Assembly: GCF_009914755.1 (NCBI RefSeq)
Contig: NC_060925.1
Direction: 5' to 3' (one strand)
Length of the DNA: 64,000 bases
DNA from: the human T2T-CHM13v2.0 reference genome, Homo sapiens
Of this stretch, positions 1-31,756 are shown piece by piece; within the stretch, counting starts at the first letter, position 1; each line of letters starts with the position of its first letter. Position numbers and translations under genes: made by a program. The notes under the pieces were generated by a model that ran no database searches, was not told the DNA's origin, and was given only the letters and a program-made list of their open reading frames with translations.

Positions 1-147
1 GGGTCCCGGAGTAGACGGCTTAGAGGACTAGGCCTGCGGTGCCAAATAGGAAGATGCTCCAGGAGGGAGCCTCAGAGGGAGAGGACTGTGAGGGGACAAG
101 ACTTGTACCCAGACTTCTAATCCTACCTCCCCGTTTGTCCCCCATAG

Positions 148-190
148 GTCAAAGCTTTCCCGCAGATGCCCGAGCCAGTCGAAATACTAA
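148..190 (+). CDS. KIF1B: Kinesin-like protein KIF1B (beta isoform), terminal coding exon (partial CDS)
   Basis: Pyrimidine tract + cccatag acceptor, then G TCA AAG CTT TCC CGC AGA TGC CCG AGC CAG TCG AAA TAC TAA = (R)SKLSRRCPSQSKY*, the recalled KIF1Bbeta C-terminus; position next to PGD fits the known gene order. Confidence 0.93.
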
Positions 191-435
191 GTGACTCTGC
201 CGAGTGCCCTCACTCGCCTTCGAGAGATAAAGAAAGCGTTACCTCTCATTTCTCTTTGTGATTCTTGACGGTGACTCTTGTATGTAATCCTGTGGCTTAA
301 CTACTTCTCCCTCCTTGTCCAGCACTTTTCTAGCTCTCCCGTTCCCCATCTCCATTGCTCTGTACTCTTTTCTTTTTTCTTGTGCTGAGAATCTCGTTAG
401 TAGCATGTGGCCTAACAAAAGGAAAAAATGTTTTT

Positions 436-437
<2 letters not shown>

Positions 438-468
<31 letters not shown>
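438..468. repeat. (CA)n microsatellite
   Basis: About 15 uninterrupted AC units. Confidence 0.95.
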
Positions 469-473
<5 letters not shown>

Positions 474-1257
474 AGACAAAAACACAAAAACTCTGAGGGG
501 ATCTGGTGAATCTCCAAATTATTGTGGGTGTACTTTGGCTTCCTTTTGTATGATAGGTCCCCATCATGACCACCTCTGATGTCTGTGCTGCTGTCACCAG
601 GCACCTTTGTTTTTCAAGACAACATACTTTTTTTTTCTTTTCTCTGTTTGTGATATCACTTTAATTTTTCTTGGGTGGCTTAGAGACTAAGGGAGGAGAC
701 ATCTGGCCTTTTTAGAACCTGAGAGGAAAAAAAGAGTCTTTTTTTCCCCTCTGTCTCTTTTTGCCATGGCTAATCCCTGCATTTCCATTCAGGGAAAAGG
801 TGGTAGTGAGCATAGAACTGCAACAGTTATATTCTGAGTCAAAGTTGGGGCTTTTTACGGCATAATTATGGAATTTTTATTTACTGGTAGAGAGGAGACG
901 AGAGGCTTTTTCAGTGGGCCTGGGACAGTGGCTGCTCTTGACTTTGTGTGAAGGGAAATGCCAAGGATGCTTCTGGTGGACTTCAGGGGACCCCAGGGTT
1001 TGGCCGTGGGCCGTGATGGCAGCAGGCGGTGGGATGCTTGTAGCTCCTCACAGCAGGATTCCTGCCCACTGTTTTTTCTCTGTTGGGAGGGAAGCTCTTT
1101 TCTAGGAGTGTCTCAGTTCTGCTTTTGGCATTAGTGATGGTGGTGGTACAGTTGGAATTAGTGCCATGTCATACACAAATGTTCCACAAGGCGGGAGTGT
1201 TTCACTTTCTGGTGATAAACTTGATGGTCATTGTTATGATTAAGATAATGCCGGGCA

Positions 1258-1754
<497 letters not shown>

Positions 1755-3966
1755 TTAAAACTAACCGTGACCACTACTCCAAACAAAACACAATATGCCT
1801 AGGGGCACGGATGAACGTCCAGGGAGCCCGGGCCCCAGGCTTTGTTGCGTGTTCCCTGCTCCTCTCCATCTGGTGTGGAAACACTGCCCAGGGAGAAAGG
1901 AGGAAGCTCACTGTGGACAGTCTTCTTTCCTTCTGACAGACCAGGTCATCTGGCTTCCGAGATCATCAGAGAAGATAAGTCTGTCTCTTTCAGCTGCCAG
2001 TAAGTTTTCCAGGATGAGAGGGGAAAAAGAAAGCCTCCAGTGACTTCAGTTGCTTTGCCAGTTGTCTTGGGATTGTTTTACACCATCCTTTACTTCCCTT
2101 GCTCAGACCTCTCTGTTTCACCATTGCTCAGGCATTCAGGAAAGTATCTGCTCACTCCCACTTGGTGAGTCCTCGGCCTTGAGGTTGCTGACTCTCAGGC
2201 GTTAGGCAGCTGGATGACTTCCCGCTTCATGCAGCAAAGGCCAGGGGCTTGCGCGCCTCTGCAGAGTTGTTGCTAGGGAGACTTGTGTCATCATCCACAA
2301 CCTTGTTTCTCACTTCCTGGTTGGGCTCATCTCTGAAGAACAGGTCTCCCAGCTTCGCTCCTTATCACTGCATTGTGAAGAGGAGGAAAAGTGAATCACG
2401 GAGAGAGAAAGGAAAGGATAGAATCACAGGCTGCGTCTGCACCTGAAAAGTGACCCGCGGAAACTCTATGGCGGATTTTTTTTTTAACTTTCTTCTTCCT
2501 GTTAAAACATAGGTCACTAACTGTGATGTTATTTGTTTTCTAAGTGGTATGTGAGATTTTCTAATGTAGTTAGAAGTTTCATTGTCTGATGGACACAATA
2601 TGCCCTTCCGGTTCTATTCAAACCAGCAGGATCTGTCGGTGCTTAGAGATGGCTGCCTGGACTGGAATCAAATCTAATTTCAGGGAAATGAAGATGGAAT
2701 TTGAAGGTCACTTTTAAAATTAAGTCATTGATGCTGCTGTTACAGAGTGTGACAGAGGATCCATGTCTGTGACACAGGACGGTGGGAAGCCTGAGAGAGA
2801 GTGAAATTATGTGATACACTGAAATGACTTTTGTTTTTCTTCTAACTCATACAAAACTGGTTTGGAAAGTCTTTGCTTTGGAAGCGTCAGACATTAGAAC
2901 AGGCCAAACTGGACTGTCTGTTCATAGCGTGCCTGAATAAGAAGGCCTCTTAGGGAGCCAGAGGGAGCAGAGTGGTCGTGTCCTGCGTGCTCTTCACCCT
3001 CTGGGGCGCCCCTGCTGCGGCTGGCAGGTGCAGACAGCCTTTGCTGGTCCCCAGCACGTCCAGGGTGGGTGCTCCCTTGCCCGACAGAACCATCCCCACT
3101 GTGAGGCTGTGAGAGATTTGTGGCAGGAACTGTTTATGAGGCTCTAGTTGTTGCTGTTGTGGCGGGAAAGTTAAGAAACATAGCCCTTAAGGAAACCACC
3201 TTTATGTATTTTCTTAAAGCACGCCTTTAAATAAGCAAAAACTTTAAAAGGCAGGAAAGAGAATTCTTAGGCAAATTCAGAGAAATAAGTGCTAGTTAAT
3301 ACTAATCACCTCCTCCTCTGTCTCTCATCCTCCTTTCTCCCATCAAAGCAAAATATGGCCTCACCACCAGCCCCAAATCAGTGCTCAGACCCTCTCTGTG
3401 TCTGTGTGCCCTCCTGGGAGTCAGTCAGCGCTCAGGCCAGGACTGTGCAGGGCCAGCCAGCCCATGCGCTAGTCAGGAGCACAGGCAAGGGGTGCTTGTG
3501 GCAGTGGCCGGGCACCTGAGCCCCAGCTCGTTGTTAAACGTGCTGACGGCAAGGGGCAATGGAGTGAGTTTCCCAACTAAGAAACCACTATTATATATTT
3601 TTTCCCTTCAGTCACATAGACTTCAGACAACTCTCCTATTTTTTATGGATTTTTCAGCTCATTTCAGATGAAGGAACTAAGTCATTGTGAACTGTCTCTT
3701 GAGATCTAAAAACAAGATGACTTTTCCTGGCACATATTCCAAAGCAAAGACTTTGTTGCCTGCTGCTTATTGTCTAATTTACAGGGATATTTAATTTTGT
3801 CAGGTCTATGTATATTTATCCAGCTATACTTACTTGCACAGTGGATTGGAGAGAAAGGATTCTCCAGTGTGCACACTCATCGGTACTCTTTCTGCATTTC
3901 CCTCGTGCTGTGTCCCGCTCGGGTTCCAATGGACAGTATCAGGGCTTGTTTGACTTAGGTCTTTCA

Positions 3967-4516
<550 letters not shown>

Positions 4517-5177
4517 TTATTCAAAAGGCCATTTATGAAGTTAGTATTTGAGCCCCATAAGATCTTTAAAAAGCCTCCAATCATTTAAAGGAAGAAATCA
4601 GAGTTGCTATAAAATTCAGTAAAAAGCTCATAGCCAAACGGCTGTGCTCAGATGGAAAGTCTGAGCTGAGGTTGGTCTCTTGCCAAACCGTGGCTGTTGT
4701 GTGTTGTTCTTCATGTCTTCGAGTTCATTTTTTTTCATTCTGCCTATTCTGGCATCAGCTCACTTGAGGAGTCCCTCAGCCTTCTTGTATTTAAGGCATC
4801 GTCTTAGACTTTGTGGCTCTAAAGTACCTGTCTGTTGAGATTTCAAGTCTCTTGTCACCATCCTCACACATGACAACAAAACCCATAATGCATAAGTGGC
4901 CTTTTTGAACCAAGACTTTGCAAACTGATCTCTCCCCCGTGAAGGAGTTGAGCACATTAGCAACAATGTACATTAATTTTGGATTTTCATTTTCATGTTT
5001 TATTTTGTAAATATTATCTGATGTTTGGAGCTTGAGTATACAGACTGTAAATATAGTTCTTGTATTTGTACTAATTCTGATTCTTTTGCTGTATAGCCTT
5101 AGATGTGCAATGCAGACACTATCTAACTGTGTGTGGTAACCTTGCGTCACGGAGCTGTTAGTGAACGAGGTAAAAAT

Positions 5178-5183
5178 AATAAA
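5178..5183 (+). terminator. KIF1B: Polyadenylation signal (KIF1B distal)
   Basis: AATAAA preceded by U-rich/UGUA elements and followed by U/GU-rich sequence. Confidence 0.75.
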
Positions 5184-5506
5184 GGTACAGCCAGTGCATC
5201 AGAAGGCTCTCGATGTGCATTTATTCTTGCACCCCTTGAAAGGTAATTGCACAAAGATTTCTTTTCTTGATTTGCAAAGATAATACCTTTCTAAGACAGA
5301 AGTCACGATATCATCGCTTAAGTATTCCTTTCTGATATTCAAAATCGTGGTTTTTATATAACCAAGAAAGCTAATATGGTGCTGTTTCTTTGAAAGTACT
5401 TTTCTCCCAAAGATGTAAGTGGTTATTTTAGCTAGAAGATTTGTTGTTTTTCTCCTGAAGCCTCCTTGTATGCCTTCCAATAATTCTGTAGTGTTGTGTT
5501 GGCTTC

Positions 5507-6382
<876 letters not shown>

Positions 6383-6499
6383 TTAATTTAACAAGCCCTC
6401 ATCATGAGCAGAGCACGAGCAGGGGCCACTGTCCTGGGTGTTTGGGGAGAAACAGAAGAAGGGAGGGAGGAGCAGCCCTCAGGTTAAAAGCAATGATTT

Positions 6500-7320
6500 G
6501 TTCCAACCAATATTTGAGTACCCACCCTGTGCCTGGTGTGCTGCTGGGTGCAGTAATTCAGCAGCCAACAAAGCAAGCCCATGCACTTGTGCCCTCCCAT
6601 TCCAGTGGGGAAGACAATGTTTAAACAAATTTACAACATCGGTCCTAAGTATTTTGGAGGAAAGCAGCTAAATAAAAGGATGAAAGAGGGATGGGAACGA
6701 GGGATGTTTAGATGGCATAGTCAGGGAAGGCCTCTCTTCGGAGATCACATTTGAGCAGACTCTAGAATGAAAGGATAGGGTAAGCCATGCAAACCCCTGG
6801 GCAAAGAGGTCTCCAAGTAGAGAAATGAAGCCCTTGAGGCAGCAGTGTCCTCAGTAGGTTCCAGAAATAGCAAGGTCGCTGGTACAGAGTCAGGGACTGG
6901 GAGCGCAATAGAAGACATCAGAAAGTAGCCAGGGACCAGGATATTTAGGGCTTAGGTGAGGACTTGGAATTTCATTAGAGTGAATGGGAAGCCATTGAAG
7001 GCTTTGGAGCAGAGGAGTCACAGGGGCTTATTTACATTTTTAAAAGACCATTCTGGAAAACAGTCTTTGTACTCAGGCAGGGACAAGTGGAAAAAAGGGG
7101 CAAAATAAAATTGTTACCCCAGTATTCCAGGGGAGGAGACGGTGGCTCAGACTAAGGTAGTAGAGTATAGGTGGGACGAAATGGGCAGATTCAAGGTACA
7201 TTTTGAAGTTAGAACAGTTTTCTGAGAGACTTCATGCAGAGTTGTTGGAGAGAAAGGAGAAAAGTAACTAAAAGGGTAAGTGCCTGAGTAAAAGAACAGC
7301 ATTGCAGTTTTCTAAGGTGA
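6500..7320 (-). mobile_element. Ancient L2 LINE fragment(s)
   Basis: Degenerate L2-like motifs (caatatttgagtacc...tgtgcctgg; tcagggaaggcctctc; gggaagccattgaaggcttt). Recognised by eye; edges approximate. Confidence 0.6.
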
Positions 7321-7340
7321 AGACAATTGGTAGAACAAAA

Positions 7341-7940
<600 letters not shown>

Positions 7941-8454
7941 CTAAGTGTATAGTCAACAAAACAGTTGGCTGGACTAGCGGGATTCAAGGGGAGTGGTTGG
8001 AGCTGGAGACACACATTTGGGAGTTGGCGGCATGAAGATAGCAGATCGAGCCTCAGGCAGGGAAGGAGACCTGGAGCGTGTGTGTGGCTGACAGGAACCA
8101 AGGACTGATCTTGGAGCTTGGTGCGCTCCAACACATGGAGGTCAGGAAGAGAGAGGAGTCCAGCCAGGAGGACAAGCAGTGGCCGTGGAGGGAGAGTGTG
8201 GAAGACTGAGGAAGTGGTTGCTTTGTCCAGGGCAGCCAATAGGTTACAGGAAGGACTGAGCAGGGACCACAGGTTTTGTTAACTGAAAGGTGTAAGAAGT
8301 CCGAGGGAGCCAGGGGATACCCTAATTTTTCCCAATTTCAGAACCAATTAAGAAACAAAAAATAAGACGATGGGAGATGGGAGACCAAAATACCACCCTT
8401 ATTACTGATAAAACTGCTGTTAGAAAATGTGGTTACATCTGGGAACACTGGATT

Positions 8455-8972
<518 letters not shown>

Positions 8973-9505
8973 AAGTTAAGAGGAACGCAGCGCATATGTC
9001 CCCTGAAGGCAGCCGAGGTTCTGAGAGAGAGGGAGGAAGTGGCCAGGCAGTCTATGCCTAACCGCTCCTTCCAGACTCACAGGAACATTCTAGTAATGGG
9101 GCTCACTTCTCATGGAGGGAGGCATCAGGAGTGCTTCTACACTAGCAAGGTCATTGGTGAGGGGAGCATTTGTTTGAGTGGTGCCTAATTGGAGTAGGTT
9201 CTAGGGAAAGTGGGAGGAGAGGAGGGTGAAACAGTACAAACAATTCTTTCATAGATTTTTCTGTAAAAGGGAAAAGACAAATGGAGTAACTGGAAGGGGA
9301 TATGGGGTAAAGGAGAGGCTTTTGTTTTAAAGAAGGGAAATAGCATAGCTTGTGCATGTACTAATTGGAAAAAATGAACTGGGAGGGAAAACCTGGCAGT
9401 GGGGAAGACAGTGAGGTGGAGAGAGTTGTGGAGTGGGCCTGAGGGACTGGGGGCCAGTGCACAGCAGAGAGGTAGGTCCTAGATCCAACTGAGCACCCTG
9501 GCTTA

Positions 9506-11195
<1,690 letters not shown>

Positions 11196-11822
11196 GTACT
11201 CTTTCCACCTAAAATATATTCAGGTCATTTGAGTTCAGTTTGAGTTCAGCTACGAGAATTATTTAGTTGAGTGAGTGTCAGAGCTGGGATTTTCAAATCT
11301 GCCCTTACTGGTATGTTGCTTTACACACCCTCTTACGTAAATCAAACAAGGATTCCACCCTGGGAGGTTTGCATAGAGGGCTGTTCTTGTAGAACTTGTG
11401 CTCATGCTTTGATTTGGGATTTGGGGAGTTAGGGCAAGCCAGAAAGTTTTTCTGGTGGATAATAATGTGGGTTGACTTTCTTAAGCATTTTAAGCCAAGC
11501 ACTTGAGTTTCTAACAACTAAAAAGCTAAGTCAGCCTGACACAGCTCTAGCGCGCCCTGGCTTGATTCTGTTCATCCCCAGGGGGAGACTTGCCTTTGTT
11601 CCAGTCCTGCTCTCCCAAGCCAGCTTACTGTAGTTTTCCAGCAATTCTGAGAAGCAGTATTTTTTACTGCTGATTAGAACCTTAACATGGAAATGGAAAG
11701 TTTGTGTAGCATGTAACATTATTAGAAGGGAAAACATGACTATATGATTAGATACATATTGATTTTATGCAATATGTTTGCATAAAATCTCTTCAGTAGT
11801 AACTTGGTTAAATTAGTCACAT

Positions 11823-11832
11823 TGACTCAGCA
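11823..11832 (+). promoter_or_regulatory. Candidate antioxidant response element (NRF2/sMAF, AP-1-containing)
   Basis: TGACTCAGCA followed by AT-rich TAATT in apparently unique sequence ~10.9 kb upstream of the PGD start codon. Confidence 0.55.
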
Positions 11833-12445
11833 TAATTTCTCCCTTGCTAAATCTCAGACTAAAGCAATCAATTTGTTCCTGCAAGAAAGTCTGATGGTAG
11901 GCTTTCCTTGTAACTGAGCCCCATAGAAAGAGGAAGCAGCTGCAACAAAGTTGAAAAGGATGCCTGTCACCAAGGTTCTTTTAAGGGAGCCATTGTGTGA
12001 AGTTCTACTTGTGAAATTTCTGCAAGTACTGTTTGTTCTCCAAAATCCAGCTTTCCGTTGAAAGTCAATGAAACATCTCTAAAATGCAGACATACCCAGG
12101 TTCATTGGGAACACAGTCACTGTGAGTATACATGATTATGTCCTGCTAACCCTATTGGGAAAGAATGCTGGGCTTGGCCCTAGTAAGTAGACTTGGGTTA
12201 AAGTTCACCTCCGCCACTAACTAGCTGGGAAGTTCAACTTCCCTGAGCTGAGTTTGTCACGTTAGAGAATATTAATAAATATGAAAATTGTGGAGCAGTC
12301 TTAAGTTTAAAAGGAACTTTCATGGACATTAGCTCATTTTGCTGTGCCCACCCTGGGAAGGAAGCAGGACAGGCAGGCAGTGGCATCCCTGTCGTCAAGC
12401 AGCCTGAGGACTGCTGTGAGCCTCTGGAGCAAGGCAGGAGTTTGA

Positions 12446-14412
<1,967 letters not shown>

Positions 14413-14666
14413 TCAAGAAGTGTACTTTTTTATCAGCTAAAAGTGGCAAAGTTCTTGAGAAATAAACGGCTTGAGAAAGCCGTTTCTTGAGAAAGAAACC
14501 CACAGCTTACTAGCCTGAGATCTCAAGTAGCAGACTAGCTAGAAATCTAGGAGACTCTGGAAATGAGAATGCCACAAAAGGATTAGACAGGACCTCAGCA
14601 CATCACTCGCTGGCTGGAAAACCAGACACGTACACAGATGAGACTTCAGAAAGCCCATAGAAATTA

Positions 14667-21919
<7,253 letters not shown>

Positions 21920-22726
21920 CTACTTTGCAAATGTCTGGCTTAAGATGGCTGGTTTTTTGTATCTGCCTCTGCATTTAACCTGGTCCATCTTGCGGGTCAC
22001 ATAGCCTCTACAAAATGAGAAGGGGTTCAATGCCGTTAACTCCGGGCCTGGGTAAAAGACTCAAGTCCTGACCCCATCATACTCCAACCAATACATACCC
22101 CGCCTGCGCTGTCTGCGCCTGGGTCTCTTCAACCGCAGTGAGCGGTCGCACGGCTCCACATCAGGGTCGCCCTGAGGCTCAGCCTTCCCCGGCCCCATTC
22201 CGAGTGCGCACAGGACTGAACGAGCACGCCCGGTCCCTGCTCCGGAGCGGAGGACACGACGCGGACCCGCACGGTGCACCGCAGTGACCTGAGGAAGGAG
22301 CGACGGGCGCTCGCGCCAAAGGCGTCCGAGTGCCTGGTAAACTGTAAAGCGCGGTCCTGCGTGAGTTGCTATGGCTACAGCTGCGCCAGGCGGACGGCCT
22401 GCAGGACCGAGGTGCAGCTGGGACGAGCGGAAAGCTCTGCGCGTGGGCGGGGAGCCCGGAGCCTCGCCGGGGCAATGTCATCTAGGTGCTCGGCGCTCCA
22501 CTGATCCGGCCCCCGGGGGTGGGCGGGCACGTTTGCCTCGGATGGTCTAACAGGCGTCGGGGAGAGCCAATGGTGTGGCTTCATGGCTCCACCCCCTTCC
22601 ATTCGATTGGCCGGCGCCGAAAAGCCGGGCGTGAGCGGCCGCAGTTTCTGGAGGGAGCCGCTGCGGGTCTTTCCCTCACTCGTCCTCCGCGCGTCGCCGC
22701 TCTTCGGTTCTGCTCTGTCCGCCGCC

Positions 22727-22734
22727 ATGGCCCA
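22727..22734 (+). CDS. PGD: 6-phosphogluconate dehydrogenase, exon 1 coding part
   Basis: Strong Kozak gccgccATGG; ATG GCC CA|gtgagt donor. Confidence 0.95.
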
Positions 22735-23237
22735 GTGAGTGACTCGCCAGGGGCAGCCCGGCTCGGCCTCAGCGGGCGGGGAACTCTTTGGGGGTCGAGA
22801 TCTCCCTCGTTCTCTCCGACGCCTCCCACCCTGGGGGTCGCCTGAGCTCACTTGGGGCTCTGTGACCCTGGCCCTACGGCGTCTCGGGCCCAGAGCTCCT
22901 TCCCTGCGGGCCCGGCCCCCTGCCCTCTCGGCCGCGCAGGCATGGGGCGGGGCGGGTCCCTTCGAGGGCCAGGGAGGAGGCGCGGCCAGGCCTCGCCGAG
23001 TCTGCAGGGACACCTGCGGGACGCGTGCCAGCGGGAGCCGGGCGCGAGGGCGGGGCTGGGGGCCGCCTGCCCGGCCGAGGCTCTGCAGCGTGCGCGCCCG
23101 GCTTCTGGGGGCCCGCGGGAGGCGCGGAGGAAAGTGCAGACTCCCAGTCACGGCCAAATGTGGAAGGACCGGACCCCTGGGTTGCAGCGCGTCGAGCGGT
23201 GCTGACTCTTTCCTTTGTTCTGTTTCTGCCTCTCTAG

Positions 23238-23313
23238 AGCTGACATCGCGCTGATCGGATTGGCCGTCATGGGCCAGAACTTAATTCTGAACATGAATGA
23301 CCACGGCTTTGTG
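23238..23313 (+). CDS. PGD: PGD exon 2
   Basis: tag|A GCT...GTG|gtaagc; ADIALIGLAVMGQNLILNMNDHGFV, Rossmann GxAxMG motif. Confidence 0.97.
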
Positions 23314-24001
23314 GTAAGCGGCGTGGGCGCGTTGTCTTCTCTCTGGTTCCCGGGCGCTTTAGCCGAGGCCGGCGATAGGTTTGGGAGCTTACGGGTCTCC
23401 TGGCCGTGCTTTGCTAATGTGCTCTGTTGCTGCTCGTGGCATTTTTGTATGGAAAGGAGAAGCACCCTGTAGGCGTGGGCGGGCCGATCCCGAACTTAGT
23501 CCTGCGGAGTGTGCCTGTGGGTCCGTGAGGTTCACAGCCCGAATGAACGAATTAGTGTCTTAAGTAGAGAAGAAGGGTGCGGGAGGAGAACCCTTGCTGG
23601 CTGTGTAGAGCTCTAACTTGATTGCCTGATGAGATCTGGGGAGAGTGAAAATGTTTCTTCTAAATGTTAAAGTGGCTTAGACGCCAGGATGATCAATAAC
23701 AACAGATAGAGCCTGTTGAACCGGCCAGTTCCTGGATTTGATTTTGAGTCCTAACACGTTGGGTGTGGATTCTACCTGACACACCGGGGGTAGTTGGCCT
23801 TCGCCTCGGTTGTCCGCCGTTTTCATCCTACTGAGGTGACATAACTTTACAGTGAGCCTCCCACAGCTGGGGGAAGAAAAGGCAAAGGCAGGTCTGACCT
23901 CCCCAGAACTTGGGTTGAATGGAAAGGTCATTGTTACTTTGGCCACAGTCTGAAAGTCTTGTGTGTCCTGGATCTCCTACTCAGGACTTTTGTCCTTCTA
24001 G

Positions 24002-24181
24002 GTCTGTGCTTTTAATAGGACTGTCTCCAAAGTTGATGATTTCTTGGCCAATGAGGCAAAGGGAACCAAAGTGGTGGGTGCCCAGTCCCTGAAAGAGATG
24101 GTCTCCAAGCTGAAGAAGCCCCGGCGGATCATCCTCCTGGTGAAGGCTGGGCAAGCTGTGGATGATTTCATCGAGAAATTG
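24002..24181 (+). CDS. PGD: PGD exon 3
   Basis: VCAFNRTVSKVDDF...LLVKAGQAVDDFIEKL; ag/gt boundaries. Confidence 0.97.
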
Positions 24182-24417
24182 GTGAGGCCAGCTGTGCTCT
24201 CAGCTGCTACCACGATAGCAGCTGTTTTTGGTTTCTTCCTTTAGTTCTCCTTCTTTTAACTCTAGAGATTTTTTTTTTTTCAATTTCTGCTAAGCTCTGA
24301 CCAAATGATTGCTTAACTGTTGCAGTGTTGGTTAACTTGATAAGCGCTTATGAAGTAACTTTGTCCTTTGGTGGTAGTAATTCTGAGAATACTAACAGAC
24401 ATTTCAATAAACATTAA

Positions 24418-27241
<2,824 letters not shown>

Positions 27242-27699
27242 TCACACATACAACTCAAAGGATGACTAACTCAGATACAGCAGGCTGAGAATTACGTTTT
27301 AACTCCTCCCCTTCCCCTTCCAAGTAATCCATGATATGTCAGTCTATAACTGGTTTAGAACCACTCCTCTAATGGTATCAAATGCTGAGGGAATTCCTGT
27401 GTGCTCTGAAGTGCTGAATGGCATTAAGTTGTATTAAACCTACTCTTCGTTGAGTCTTATTCAAGGTCTTTTCCAGTAAAATGCCAATGTGTGTTTGGCT
27501 TAATTATTTTACTTTGGGGATGAGGTAGGTATCGTGAATGTCCATAGTTGTATTGTTTTGTTTTTTAACTCCTACACATAGGGGATTAACTTTCCTGAGT
27601 CATCAGTTATTCCTAGATCCTTGGGTCATTTCCTGTAAATGTAGGCTCTCCATTCCTATCTTATACTTCCTCTCATTTATAAGGGAAACATTTTTGGGT

Positions 27700-27747
27700 A
27701 GCATAATGAAACATGGAAGCATAATGAAACATGGAAGCATAATGAAA
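27700..27747. repeat. 18-bp tandem repeat (agcataatgaaacatgga) x2.6
   Basis: Exact copies directly upstream of the exon 5 acceptor. Confidence 0.92.
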
Positions 27748-27766
27748 TTATTTTTCTGTCCTTCAG

Positions 27767-27885
27767 AGACGGTGCCGAGACCTCAAGGCCAAGGGAATTT
27801 TATTTGTGGGGAGCGGAGTCAGTGGTGGAGAGGAAGGGGCCCGGTATGGCCCATCGCTCATGCCAGGAGGGAACAAAGAAGCGTG
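27767..27885 (+). CDS. PGD: PGD exon 5
   Basis: [39 protein letters not shown](W); substrate-binding SGG motif. Confidence 0.97.
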
Positions 27886-28127
27886 GTGAGTGCCATCAGC
27901 ACTGTGCCCATCTCTGTACAAGGGAGCTGGACTTTGAGAACGAATAAGCCAGGAGCAGTTCTGCCACCCTGATCTCTGTGGTGCCCTGAGTGTGACAGCT
28001 GGGAGATGCTGGCAATTTCTTTTATCTAGACATTTTGTTGCTTTGATATAGTATATGTGCACAATCCTCTTTTGCCTTTTTTCTTCTGTTATTTCTATCA
28101 AGACTGATACCTGACGTTCTAAATAGG

Positions 28128-31590
<3,463 letters not shown>

Positions 31591-31596
31591 ATAGGG

Positions 31597-31632
31597 GTTG
31601 GTGTCTATGGGTATGTTGGTGTCTATGGGTAT
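31597..31632. repeat. 18-bp tandem duplication (gttggtgtctatgggtat) x2
   Basis: Two exact copies ~55 nt upstream of exon 6. Confidence 0.9.
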
Positions 31633-31686
31633 GGGCTCTCAGCCCGTCTCTTCTCATTAACTGAACCACACTGTTTCTTTACACAG

Positions 31687-31756
31687 GCCCCACATCAAGA
31701 CCATCTTCCAAGGCATTGCTGCAAAAGTGGGAACTGGAGAACCCTGCTGTGACTGG
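31687..31756 (+). CDS. PGD: PGD exon 6 (GC donor)
   Basis: (W)PHIKTIFQGIAAKVGTGEPCCDW then gcaagt; the frame into exon 7 requires this boundary. Confidence 0.95.

Larger units (their letters stand above)
22100..23520. promoter_or_regulatory. PGD: PGD CpG-island promoter
   Basis: High GC/CpG; CCAAT 22567-22571, inverted CCAAT (ATTGG) 22606-22610, GC boxes (e.g. 22445-22451); no obvious TATA. Confidence 0.88.

Noticed and set aside
22375-23157. 260-aa minus-strand ORF over the PGD promoter
   Set aside because: Low-complexity Arg/Pro/Ala/Gly composition typical of stop-poor CpG islands; no recognisable domain.
23200-23210. ARE-like TGCTGACTCT in PGD intron 1
   Set aside because: Lacks the required TCA end of the core and overlaps the exon 2 branch-point/pyrimidine zone, which explains it.
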